Below are positions 8,868 to 18,814 of a DNA stretch of 20,000 nt, piece by piece (position 1 is the first letter of the stretch; each line of letters begins with the position of its first letter). The notes below the pieces were generated by a model. That model saw only the letters and a list, made by a program, of their open reading frames with translations. It made no database searches and was not told the origin of the DNA. Both the position numbers and the translations under genes were made by a program. Source of the stretch: Craspedostauros australis (lineage: Eukaryota); NCBI GenBank assembly GCA_030167865.1, contig JALAGF010003940.1:46412-66411 (forward strand), read 5' to 3'.

Positions 8868-10196
8868 TTATACGGATGGATTGGTTTGACCATCGTCGCC
8901 CTCCATGATGTCATCGACGGCATTCTGCAGCTCCCTCATTTCCTCCTCGCTGAGCGCTTCCGGATCCTTGATCTGTCCGTTGATGGGTCCCACAGGGTAT
9001 CCCATCTGCGTGGGACCTCCGCTGAGGCTTGGGGCGTAACCGTCCAGGGAGTAACCGTAGGAATCCATGGAGATCATGCTGGCGGCGTCGTTCGGCGCGG
9101 AGTCGTTGGTGGTGGGCGTGTAGCGCTTGGTTGGTTGTATCCCCGTGCTCTGGTTGTAGTAGGCCGTGAGGCTGGTGGAGATGTCCTCCGAGATGACGGA
9201 CTCCGGGTAGTCCGCCGTGGGGCGGATCTCGCGCGGTGGTTCCGCCGTCTGGTCATCCGCGACGGGCAGTCCGATCTGATCCGTGGCGCTGACCTTCGGC
9301 TTGGAGGGTGATCTGCCATCGAGGTCGTCGGTTTCGCTGCGCGTTCCGGAGCTGGTCTTGTTGTTGCTTCCGTCGCTGCTTCTGTTGCGGCCGCGCGCTG
9401 CGACGAAATCATCCTGACGTCGCTGGTCGGAGCGGTAGGCCCAGAGCACGGCGAAGAGGAGGAGGGCGAAGGCGAGGCAGGCAACGACGATGGCGATGAT
9501 GATGATCATTTCGAGGTTGTCAGAATCGGAGGCTGGTTCGGATGTATCGTTGTCGCCGCCGTTGGCAGGAGTGATGAAGGCTCGCACGTCCACGACGGCT
9601 GGGCCCAGGCCGGTGTCGAGCGATGCGGCCTGCAGCAGGGACAGCAGCTGCGAGTCGTCGAGGAAGGTGGCGCGCTGGATGACCTCGACGAGCTTGGGAT
9701 CCACGGGGTCCGCGTTGTCCTTGCGATTCCAGAGGGTGGCGCCGGTGAAGGAGGCCACGTAGAGCTTGGCCCTGTCGGAGCCATCGCCCTGGAGTCTTCG
9801 CTGCGCATCGCTGTGGCGGTCGCTGTGGCGCAACCTCCTCCTGGAGGCGACGGGCTTGTCCAAGGCGACGGCCTGGAACTCCACCTCGTCGGGGGAGATC
9901 TGGTTCTTCGCCTTGGCCCTGAAGCTGTCATCCATCCAGTCGCTGACGATGTCGCCCAGCGTGATGATGCTGACATCGTCCCTGTCCGACGTGATGGCCA
10001 GCTGCACATCGAAGGGGACCAGGTCCACCAGCGCTGTGCGCACTCTGCCGCTCTGCAGGTCCCGCGTGGCCGTCTGGCTCTCCACGTTGGTTTCGACATT
10101 GGTTTCAACGTTGGCGTTCGCATGTGATGCGGCGCTGCTCATTGACGGAGCAACGGCAACCGCCAGCAAAGAGGTCATCCAGCTGCGAATCTGCAT
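8868..10196 (-). CDS. Type I single-pass membrane protein (signal peptide, RXL motifs, TM helix, Ser/Tyr/Asp-rich cytosolic tail), 442 aa
   Basis: GC3-rich intronless ORF with a CAAG-ATG start. Hydrophobic N-terminus MTSLLAVAVAPSMSSA. TM segment MIIIIAIVVACLAFALLLFAVLWAY (9509-9435) followed by basic residues. Luminal RDLQ, RRRL and RRLQ. Confidence 0.88.
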   Translation of the reverse strand: MQIRSWMTSLLAVAVAPSMSSAASHANANVETNVETNVESQTATRDLQSGRVRTALVDLVPFDVQLAITSDRDDVSIITLGDIVSDWMDDSFRAKAKNQISPDEVEFQAVALDKPVASRRRLRHSDRHSDAQRRLQGDGSDRAKLYVASFTGATLWNRKDNADPVDPKLVEVIQRATFLDDSQLLSLLQAASLDTGLGPAVVDVRAFITPANGGDNDTSEPASDSDNLEMIIIIAIVVACLAFALLLFAVLWAYRSDQRRQDDFVAARGRNRSSDGSNNKTSSGTRSETDDLDGRSPSKPKVSATDQIGLPVADDQTAEPPREIRPTADYPESVISEDISTSLTAYYNQSTGIQPTKRYTPTTNDSAPNDAASMISMDSYGYSLDGYAPSLSGGPTQMGYPVGPINGQIKDPEALSEEEMRELQNAVDDIMEGDDGQTNPSV

Positions 10197-10511
10197 CTTG
10201 CGTATAATATAAAATGTGTGACTGTGCTGAGTGGTATGCGCTCCGAATCGATCTCCGAAATGAAGTCAAAGGCGAAGAAAAGCAGAGTGAGGCTTTTCTG
10301 GTCGGCGAGTTGCGAGTTATGATTCCTCGGATGCAAGTTGGTCTTGCTCGCTCTTTTTGCTCTTTCGCTGTCCAATGTGCGCAGAACTGCTTCGTGTTTG
10401 TGGCTGTCGAGATTGGTCCAACGCAAGTCCTTGCGCTATACTCTATTCTGGAGTAGAATCTCGAGGGGCAACGAGAGAGTGCTTGTATGGATGTTACGGA
10501 GCTTTCGGCGC

Positions 10512-10556
10512 TTCGTTCGATCGTTCGTTCGTTCGATGGCACGTTCGATGGTTCGT
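10512..10556. repeat. Imperfect (TTCG)n microsatellite
   Basis: ttcgttcgatcgttcgttcgttcgatggcacgttcgatggttcg. Confidence 0.75.
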
Positions 10557-10697
10557 TGGTTCCTTCCTTCGCTCAACTCGGTTGTGCTGTGTCAGTGTCT
10601 GCAGTTGTGCTCAACTTTCTCTCTTGTGCGCTTCGGAGTCGTTCGTTCACTTTCGGAATGCTTGTCGATGTCGTTCTTGTTGGAAAATGGCAATGAC

Positions 10698-10750
10698 GAT
10701 GGTGGATGGATGGGTGGATAGAGATGGATGGATGGAGATGGATGGATGGG
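10698..10750. repeat. Imperfect (GATG)n microsatellite
   Basis: gatggtggatggatgggtggatagagatggatggatggagatggatggatggg. Confidence 0.85.
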
Positions 10751-12335
10751 CAATGCCTCGTTGGATGGTGGTGTGTTGGTGTTGTGATCGATCGTGCGTT
10801 GTGGCTGCTCACAGTCCAAATGTCCAACTTTGGTGCCTGTCAAGTTGCGGAGTGTGTTGTGGCGTCGCGATGTGTGTTGCGTTGCGTTGTGTTGCATTCC
10901 GTTGCGCACTTCGCTCTGCTCTCGCCCTGTCTCGTCTTGCTTCTCCCATCGGTTTCTGTTGCGCTTGGATCGCGCTGTTCGTTGTTTCTTGTGTTTGTCT
11001 GTCGCAACGATTCAAATGCGAAAAACTTTCCGCTTCCATCCCACTGGCATGCCACCAACAACGGTTTGCGCAACTCACAAGATCCGTGTGGTTGGGTCCA
11101 ACGAATTTGGCAGGCATCCACAACCTTCACACACGAATGCAACATAAAATGTCACATAGGTGATGCTCCGCGCGTTCCGCCACAAAGTTGGTGCTGCTCA
11201 ACATGTGGGTTGGACATGTGCATCCAATGCACCATTCATGACTGAAGCCACATTTGCGCGACTATCCATGTGACACAAAGTTTTACACATGTTTCTCGGC
11301 ATCTCACTTGTGGGGCAACAAATCTGTCCAAAAAATTTGGTTTGGAGAATTTTGGGGATTGTCGTAAATTGTTGGTAGTCGCACGAAACTCCTCGACTGA
11401 AACGATGAATTTGGTTCACATGTCTCTTGATTCAATGGGATAGACTTGTTGAACGCGTATCGCAGATGGACACATCGGTTTGAGGAAAGAAAGGAGGCAA
11501 CACCCAGAATCTATATCTACCATAGTAATTTTATGTCTCAAAATAAGTTTAACTTGCTTTCCATTTCTCTATTACTCTCTATGGCGAACTCTCTGTCTAG
11601 AGAGGGCGATTGCGTGGTCACGAATGATGCGATCACTCCATTCCCGTGTTTTCGACAACTGTGATCAACTTTTTCATGTGTTTCAATCAGTCCCGAGAAT
11701 TCCGATCCATTCACAGATCATCGATCCCGTTGATTGATTCGCTTGATTAGATCCATCTAAGTGACAGAAACTAGAATTGGAAGAAACCACGCAGGCGACG
11801 AGAATATGACATTGCACCACATCCTACAACGAGAACAAGCTTGGCGATGTTCCATGCTGTATTACGGCTTGGAATGCACGTATTGGTGTCAATTCGTCCT
11901 TCTCGTTGCTGTGGAACATGTCGGGGAAGAGCGATTTCGGTCCCTGCGATTCGTATCGCTATGTTGAACTTCATGCAGAGGTCTTGTGCCTTGCAGCAGA
12001 GATCTCGTTCACACTCGCTTGTACGGCGGAGGTCTTGACACATCATGATTGGTGGTTCGGGGCATGTGTATGGCTTTGTATGTGCGACTTTGTGTCTGTA
12101 TGTCTGAAAGCACGACAGAGTGCAGGCGTTTGCCGCATCCGAAAGGGACAATGATCAATTTTGGTGCGCCCTCCATACCAGTATTCATCTTGGTTGCCGA
12201 ATCCTCTGTTCTATCTTGTCTCCCATTCGTTTGTGTGAATGGTCGGCATTCAATGGTGTTGTTGAATGTGGATGAGTCGCAGCCATGAGCAATCGTCGAT
12301 GACCACCAGTCCATCATGAAGTGCCGTCCGTTCGA

Positions 12336-12340
<5 letters not shown>

Positions 12341-12370
<30 letters not shown>
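12341..12370. repeat. (CT)15 microsatellite
   Basis: Perfect dinucleotide run read directly. Confidence 0.98.
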
Positions 12371-12373
<3 letters not shown>

Positions 12374-13106
12374 GACAAGACACGTGATCGATGGTTCGAG
12401 ACATGCAGACAAGACATCATTGGGTGTGTTGAGCATCCGATCATGTATGGCAATCGAGTTGCGGAAACCTGTGGCATTCGATACAATGTCAGGTAGCCAG
12501 AGATCTTTGTCTGCTCCCAAGGCAGATCTCTAGAATCAGTCACCTCTTGACGTTGAGAGGAAACGAGGTTAAAAAGAGCACAACGGGTATGTTGATGTTG
12601 ATCGGATCACTGCACAGGTCCGATGATTGAATGCTTGTATCGCTGAAACAGGCACAACTTCCTTGGCACAAGAAAGGAGATAGGTGCATCTTAATAACGT
12701 TGCATGTACTCATACTACTTAGGCGAGTGCAACAAGAAGCCTTCAGTCTGGCGTGGAGGATCAAATGGGTGGCTAAGATTAACCGTGCCGGCATCGTGAA
12801 CACGTCTTTTTCGCAAGAACTTGCTTGCTCCCTGCATGCTTGGCAATATCCCATCAGATTTCTTGTGATGTCATCTTGGGTGGACTGTCTGAACAACACT
12901 TTGCAACAAGACGGTCTTGGTACTATTAATAGCTTGCTCCTGACATACGAAGACTACGACTACTCGTACTGGTAGTTCTCACAACTATTGTGCGTCTTGA
13001 CGCTCAGGACACCCATGGCATTCATCCCCGTGAGGTCAAGATGATGGTGGTACCGATGCATATATATTTGTATAGGTTCGTATGTGTTCGTTGGTGAACC
13101 GGTCAA

Positions 13107-13454
13107 TCAGCCATCATCTGCATTCACAACATCGTCTGACGAACTCCGCAAGATGTCGTTGATGTCAGAGATGACTCCATTCTTGACGGACTCGTCTGTA
13201 CCCGCGCAGCCCGCCAAGCGATGAAGGTGGATACTGGTGAAAAGATGAATCGGTGGCGATGTGGAGCAGAAAATCGAGACTCGTGATTCCAACTCCTGTG
13301 TTTCATCAATACCATCTTCGTCTGCGGCCATCGCCTCATCTCATGTCTGTGACTCTGTGCGAGGAGGTGGATCCATCAGCTCACCTGCCGTTGATCATCA
13401 GGTTCCTGTTCGTGGCTCGCACAGACGCAGACATCCATTGTTCTCTCTCGCCAT
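13107..13454 (-). pseudogene. Possible decayed ORF with three in-frame TGA codons
   Basis: One frame reads MARENNGCLRLCEPRTGT**STAGELMDPPPRTESQT*DEAMAADEDG...DDVVNADDG*. It is followed by an AT-rich 3'-UTR-like tract (~13060-13085). No homology recognised. Confidence 0.25.
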
Positions 13455-14009
13455 CGTCGCTTTGGCTGGCGGTGATCGCGAAAGGTAGAAAGACGCTTTG
13501 AGCAGTCTTCGTTGAAGTGTTTACTGCACGAAGCGTTGTGACATGAACTGTGTGAGGATAGAATTGTCATTCGGGAAAAAACGGTACAGGCTTGACGAAC
13601 GCGACAGTATCAATTATGAATATCGTTAAGTAACACAGTCTTGATGATTCGACCTTTGGTAGTCACAAACTGCACGGTTTTGGCACCTACAGCCAATCAA
13701 AAAGTGCTCAGCGTCGCGCAACCATAATCTCGGCTATTGCTTGTTGTGCACATCCCTTGTCCACCAGATAGCGTTTGTCGCTCGTGGTCGCTTGTTCCTC
13801 ACTTTTGTTTCCGTCGTTGTCCTCTCGACCCGAAACACCGTAAACCATCTCACATCAAGCGCACGAGCGTGGTGCCTGTCCACAGAAGTCTCTCCTTCAT
13901 CCCACAATTTCAAAAGCCGAGCAACTGAAACCGCAACAAATACCAAGACAACAATCCACAGCAACTTACATCAACTCACAGCATTACAATAACTCACAAC
14001 ATTACGACA

Positions 14010-14645
14010 ATGCCAGCCGCACGCAATACCACACAGTTCGAACAGATCATGATGCCCACCAGCGAAGAGATGCCACTCCCAAAGAACTTCGCACCAGGCC
14101 CAACCCACGTGGTCTGCATGAGAGGCAATCTGTTCTGGGAACACAAGGGCAACCAGCTGTACCGCAACCTCATCAAGGCAGCGATCCCGCAGTACAAGCT
14201 CGCGAGAAACCGCATCGAAAAGAGCCGCATCGTCTCGCAGATCATCGAAAGTGTCTACTGTGGCATCACGCCCGGCGGATTCATCAAACGATCGCGCGAT
14301 GGCATGTCTTGGATGGCGTGCACGAACGACTTCGTTCGGGAGAAGATCGGCCAGAGTCTCAGAGATGGCCTGCACGGACGCTACAAGTCCAGCACAAAAG
14401 CCAAGAAGCGCCGTTGCAAGGAGCTCAAATTGAAGCTGAGCTCCAACTTGGAAACGATCGTGAAGTCCAGACAGTACGTCAGCGACGCGATGAAGTTCCT
14501 GTCACGAAAGGTCGAGATCGAACAGCCAGCAAACGACGACGATTTTCACAAGATCTTCCTGCAAGCAAACAACTGCCTGCTGCAATCCATCAAGTCGGAC
14601 ACCACGATACTTCCCGAATACACATCGCTGTGCTCGAACAAATAG
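14010..14645 (+). CDS. DUF6824-domain protein (diatom-expanded family), 211 aa
   Basis: Pattern PGPTHVVCMRG...HKGNQLYRNLI...Y...KSRIVSQI...GGFIK...W...VREKIGQSLRD matches the family consensus as recalled. It is followed by basic YKSSTKAKKRR. CA-rich leader upstream and AT-rich 3' region at ~14720-14770. Confidence 0.88.
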   Translation: MPAARNTTQFEQIMMPTSEEMPLPKNFAPGPTHVVCMRGNLFWEHKGNQLYRNLIKAAIPQYKLARNRIEKSRIVSQIIESVYCGITPGGFIKRSRDGMSWMACTNDFVREKIGQSLRDGLHGRYKSSTKAKKRRCKELKLKLSSNLETIVKSRQYVSDAMKFLSRKVEIEQPANDDDFHKIFLQANNCLLQSIKSDTTILPEYTSLCSNK

Positions 14646-15503
14646 AGCGGCAGCCCTTGCGCGCTTGTGAAGGGATCAACCGCAGGCAGCGAAGAGGACT
14701 CATCAACCATTGAACATAGCTAGTATATTATACATGATTGTACCATTAACACACACTGTATTACTACACATACTCCAAAGCGTACCCGTCCAATGATCGT
14801 AAAGCTTGCAGAGTAGAGTACAGATGTGCTCCGAACACACCGCGACACGGCAGCGCACTGCATGATCGAAAGCCCTGCGCGCCTTCATTCATGTCATCTT
14901 GCGCTGTCGTCGTCGTCGACATCGTCGTCGTCGTCAGCACCATTGCTCAGATGTTGCCCCGCCGAGCAGAGGTATCTTTCCATCATCGCAGTCGCCAACG
15001 TCAAGATTCGATCATCAATGTCGTGACGCAGGAACATCAACGAAAGATCCAAAAGAGATGGGAATCAACAACGCTGCACCTCTTTCATTCGTGCGGATGG
15101 ATGCTGGCATTGGTGAATGAGGGGTGTTCTTCTTCTCACAAGAATGCACTCCCATTGCGCCCCTTGCGTATCCAAACGACTCGTCATAGTCGCCATTGCT
15201 TGCGATCGTATCTTGTGACCGGCGATGAAATGCGATCCAGTCTCACTGGTACCACCTGAAAAATTGTCGTCATCGATTCCCGTGCAACGGATCCCGTCAT
15301 TCCTACGCGTACGTGCTCCTCGAAATGGTTGATGCTGCAGATTGCTCACTGGTTCTGCGAGTTTGCGGGTGGTAGCGATTCAACAGCACGTGTCCGAGTC
15401 CCAACCCAATGGAGTATGTAGCGATTCATTGACGGTTCAGCGAGAGGTCCTCCTTCTGAGATCCACAATCAGACGTGGGTGATCTTCATCGACGTTCCAC
15501 AAG

Positions 15504-16466
15504 TCACAGACTCCGGTCGACGTCCACGGGTCCACGCAGATCGCCGCGAAACTTGCCCACCACCCGGTCATTCCCATTCCCACCATCGTTGACCATCCAC
15601 ACGACTCCAGAGATCTCTGCCGCAATGACGCCATCCCGGCCACGCGTCGGATCGGCCTTGATGAAGCCCTTGTAGATGTACCTGCTGCCGGCCTCCTTGA
15701 TCTTCCATCGCGCAGATAGCTGCACGGCACCGCGGCGGATTTCGGATGGTTTGGTGAGCCAGCGTCCGGAGGATCGGTTCGTAACGATCGTGGTCGGTAC
15801 GGACGATTCTCTTGCGACGCTGCCCCGGGCGTCTTGGAATGTGCACGTTGTTTCGATCGCCATCGTGCCCTTGTTCGGTTCATCGGCGAATCCAGAAAAG
15901 GTGGCGATGGATGTGCAAAGCTGCGTGGTCTTCTCTGTCACCTTGGGCCGTTTGCCATTCGTGCCGACCGCCATTTCGGACAGCGCTTGCTTCACTCTGG
16001 GATCGTTGACGTCGCGTTCTTCAATGATCCGCCATTGCGTGCCTCTCATGCTCTTCAGCACCATCGCGTCCGACATTTGTTGAGCCTGCGTTTGCATTGG
16101 CATGTTCCCAGAGACTGCCGGAGACGAAGCTGCGTCAATATCCGTGCTCACGCTCGAACTCGTTGCTGCATTTCCGCTGATGCCACCAACATCTGGAGAT
16201 ATCAGCATCGACGATCCAGCCAAAAGCCGCATCAACGACTCGCTTTCGTCCTGTGCGTTTGGCGAATGAAGATGATGTTCGAAACCGCTGAACGCAACGC
16301 CGCGACGCAGGGTGGCATGGTGTGACTGCAGCTGAACCCGAGCGTATTGCGGCAGATCTCCATGGACAACCGCGTCGTGAATCGGTAGCGCGAGCCCGTC
16401 GCAACAGATGTGCCGCGGCGATGCCAGAAGAGTCGCGATCACGACGGTGACGACGACCAACTTCAT
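15504..16466 (-). CDS. Hypothetical protein with signal peptide (possibly plastid-targeted), ~320 aa; beta-rich C-terminal domain
   Basis: Lies within the 368-aa ORF. The ATG at 16466 gives MKLVVVTVVIATLLA...CDG-LALP, which is signal-peptide-like. The C-terminal half looks globular (GTQWRII, FSGF, SGRWLTKP, SARWKIK, YIYKGFI, VVGKFRGDL). Start codon inferred. Confidence 0.72.
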   Translation of the reverse strand: MKLVVVTVVIATLLASPRHICCDGLALPIHDAVVHGDLPQYARVQLQSHHATLRRGVAFSGFEHHLHSPNAQDESESLMRLLAGSSMLISPDVGGISGNAATSSSVSTDIDAASSPAVSGNMPMQTQAQQMSDAMVLKSMRGTQWRIIEERDVNDPRVKQALSEMAVGTNGKRPKVTEKTTQLCTSIATFSGFADEPNKGTMAIETTCTFQDARGSVARESSVPTTIVTNRSSGRWLTKPSEIRRGAVQLSARWKIKEAGSRYIYKGFIKADPTRGRDGVIAAEISGVVWMVNDGGNGNDRVVGKFRGDLRGPVDVDRSL

Positions 16467-16859
16467 GAATTTGATTGGCATGCAACACAGATCGACATGG
16501 TCTTCCATCCTGCTGGGCTCTTCATGTTTAATGCCGCTCAAAGGGGATCTCGGACTGCGTTGGTGCGTGTCCTTGGTTGGTGGAGGAGAGGAGATGTTGA
16601 TCACATCCAAGGGGAGACATGGCGTTCACAATTTCTCGCGCGCAGTTGTCTACCACGAATGATACAGAGAGTCGACCAATCCGACCACAATCTCAAGAGA
16701 CGCGCCAAATCCACCAGGATCGATGTGCCTGACGTAAGTTCGTTGTCAACAAGAGGGAACCACAATGCTCATTCTCTGCCAAGAGACATACTGCCACCGC
16801 AATCGCAATCAAGCATCGCAACCATCTTGCGAGGACAGTGCCACAGCAGCAGCCAAATC

Positions 16860-17800
16860 ATGCTCTCCAACCTCGCAGCCTCCACATTGCGCAGGAGCGT
16901 GACATGCGCCGCGCGACGATGCGTCGTGACACGCAGCCTGCATGTCGAAAAACGGCTGAAAGAGCTCGGCATCGAACTGCCCCCACCGTCGTCGCCGCGC
17001 GCTAATTACAACATCGTGTGCCATGCTTCCGGTAACATGATGTACGTGTCGGGCCATCTGCCATTCCAACCGGATGGTACCTTGATGACGGGACGCATCG
17101 GAGAGGGCGGTCGCGACAAGGATTATGGATACGAAGCGGCCCGGCATGCTGGCCTCAACATCATTTCGACCTTGAAGGAGCAGCTGGGGGATCTGGACCG
17201 CGTGGAGCAGGTCGTTAAGGTGCGAGATTGTTGATGCGTGGGCTTGTGAAAGAGCGTCATCCTCACCAGCGCATGGGTGGAGTTGCACCGCGTTGGATGG
17301 ATGGAACGTGGTTGGCCTGAATCGGATCCAACCGAACTGGTTTCGGAAACAGATGCAGAGAAGCTGAAGAAACAGGACATCAAGATTTGCAACTCAGCTG
17401 GGTGTGGGTGGACTGCCATGGATGGATGCTGCCAGGTCGTCAATGTGACTGGATGTGGATGCGAATGTGAACAACCGGAAGGAATGATTTCTGAGCAATG
17501 AAGCTCTGGTCAACTTACAAGTGGCAGCTCACATTGCGTCCCATGCTACTGCATCCCTTTTCTCCACTCCCACGCTCTATCTTCTCAAACCATGCATGCA
17601 AAAAGCAGATCTTTGGCATCGTCCAATCGACCGATGAATTCAAAGAGCAGCACTTGGTCATGGACGGTTGCTCCGATGTCATCATGGAGGTCTTCGACAA
17701 GCCCGTTGGCTACCATGCCAGATCAGCGATCGGAACCAGCACGCTGCCAATTGATATCTCAGTCGAAGTGGAAGCCATTGTTCAAATCAAACCGGAATAG
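16860..17800 (+). CDS. Rid (YjgF/YER057c/UK114) family imine deaminase, Rid1/TCP17-like, with mitochondrial-type transit peptide; exons 16860-17219 and 17609-17800, 183 aa
   Basis: EKRLKELGIELP...ANY, YVSGHLP, LGDLDRVEQVVK|IFGIVQS...HARSAIG...LP...VEVEAIV. The catalytic Arg in HARSA is retained. The N-terminus is Arg/Ser/Ala-rich with no acidic residues. Confidence 0.93.
17220..17608 (+). other. Intron of Rid gene (389 bp, GT-AG, phase 0)
   Basis: AAG|GTGCGA donor and GCAG|ATC acceptor. Splicing joins the two halves of the Rid fold in frame. Confidence 0.9.
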
Positions 17801-18814
17801 AGCAGGTCGGAGCATCAGAATGCCGACTCCACATGGCCGCAGGATGGTGACACTTTTCTCAACGAACACGAATGGGCGAACCGACGAGCGCATGATGCAC
17901 ACGACGGAAGTCGCACACAACAAAATATTAGAGAGAATCTCAGCATACGGCTCACCGATACCATTACGCACGAGATAGCAACAGTTTTACTCTACTATTC
18001 TGATCTGTTGGTGCGCGGCCTCGCTCCATTTGGCGGATGCCTCTAATTTTTGCGTGATGATACTCTTAATCACGGGACTTGGATCCAATCGTGTTTCACA
18101 ATGGTGTCAATTCGTCGATTTCTGTGATCTTCTTTTGACAACGCGCGACGGTCAGCATCGTTGTCATCAATGGAGGAGAGGTTTGGAGGTTGGTGACCAA
18201 CGCAACGGCACCGCATGACATGACATGAGATGAACGCGATGAAGGAGACGACGATGATAGGCAACGATGGATGGAACAGTTCTTGTCATCAACATGGCCT
18301 TCCCTGCGCGAGGGTGCGAATACTGAAGGTGCATTGAGCCGTCTGTGATAGCTGCATCACCCATGCCGTTCAACATCTAAGTTGCGTCAAGACCAGATGA
18401 TGAGACGAACATCTCCGCTCTGACCAACCGCATCGACGATGGACTACCCGAGTGTCCCGACATCAAGAGGAGTTGGGTTTTGTTGTGATGCTCCCAACAT
18501 CAGGTTTTGATGCGAAGGAATCAAACACAACCATGCGTATGGTATGAGTACGAGTACGAATGCGAACGGAAAGAGGGGTGCACCATACCACAATCAAACA
18601 AGCATGGAGGACGTAACCACAGACACACTCATTTCAATCGTCAACTCATAATCTGCACAAACGGCAAACCCGAAACGCAGGTGCGAGCAACCACAGCAAG
18701 TAAGGCCATCACTCGCCCATCAAACACTGCCATCGCCACCACCATCACCATCACCACCACCAAACAACAACTCCCGACAAACATACCTGCCATACAAGTA
18801 AGCCATCCTGCAAG

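Noticed and set aside
10105-11245. Many overlapping 80-270 aa ORFs
   Set aside because: Cys/Val/Trp-rich translations arise from simple repeats and show no coding signal.
11446-12975. Short ORFs considered as transposon remnants
   Set aside because: No RT, integrase or transposase motifs, TIRs or LTRs could be identified by eye.
14826-15349. Short ORFs and a (TCG)n/poly-Asp tract
   Set aside because: No consistent frame. More likely 3' UTR or intergenic sequence between convergent genes.
16410-16859. 150-codon upstream extension of the Rid ORF
   Set aside because: It overlaps the divergent gene and promoter. The ATG at 16860 gives a proper transit peptide.
7651-17800. Possible functional cluster of the DAO-like domain with the Rid imine deaminase, as in some bacterial operons
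   Set aside because: The genes are >8 kb apart with unrelated genes between them, have different predicted compartments (plastid versus mitochondrion), and the DAO domain looks non-catalytic.
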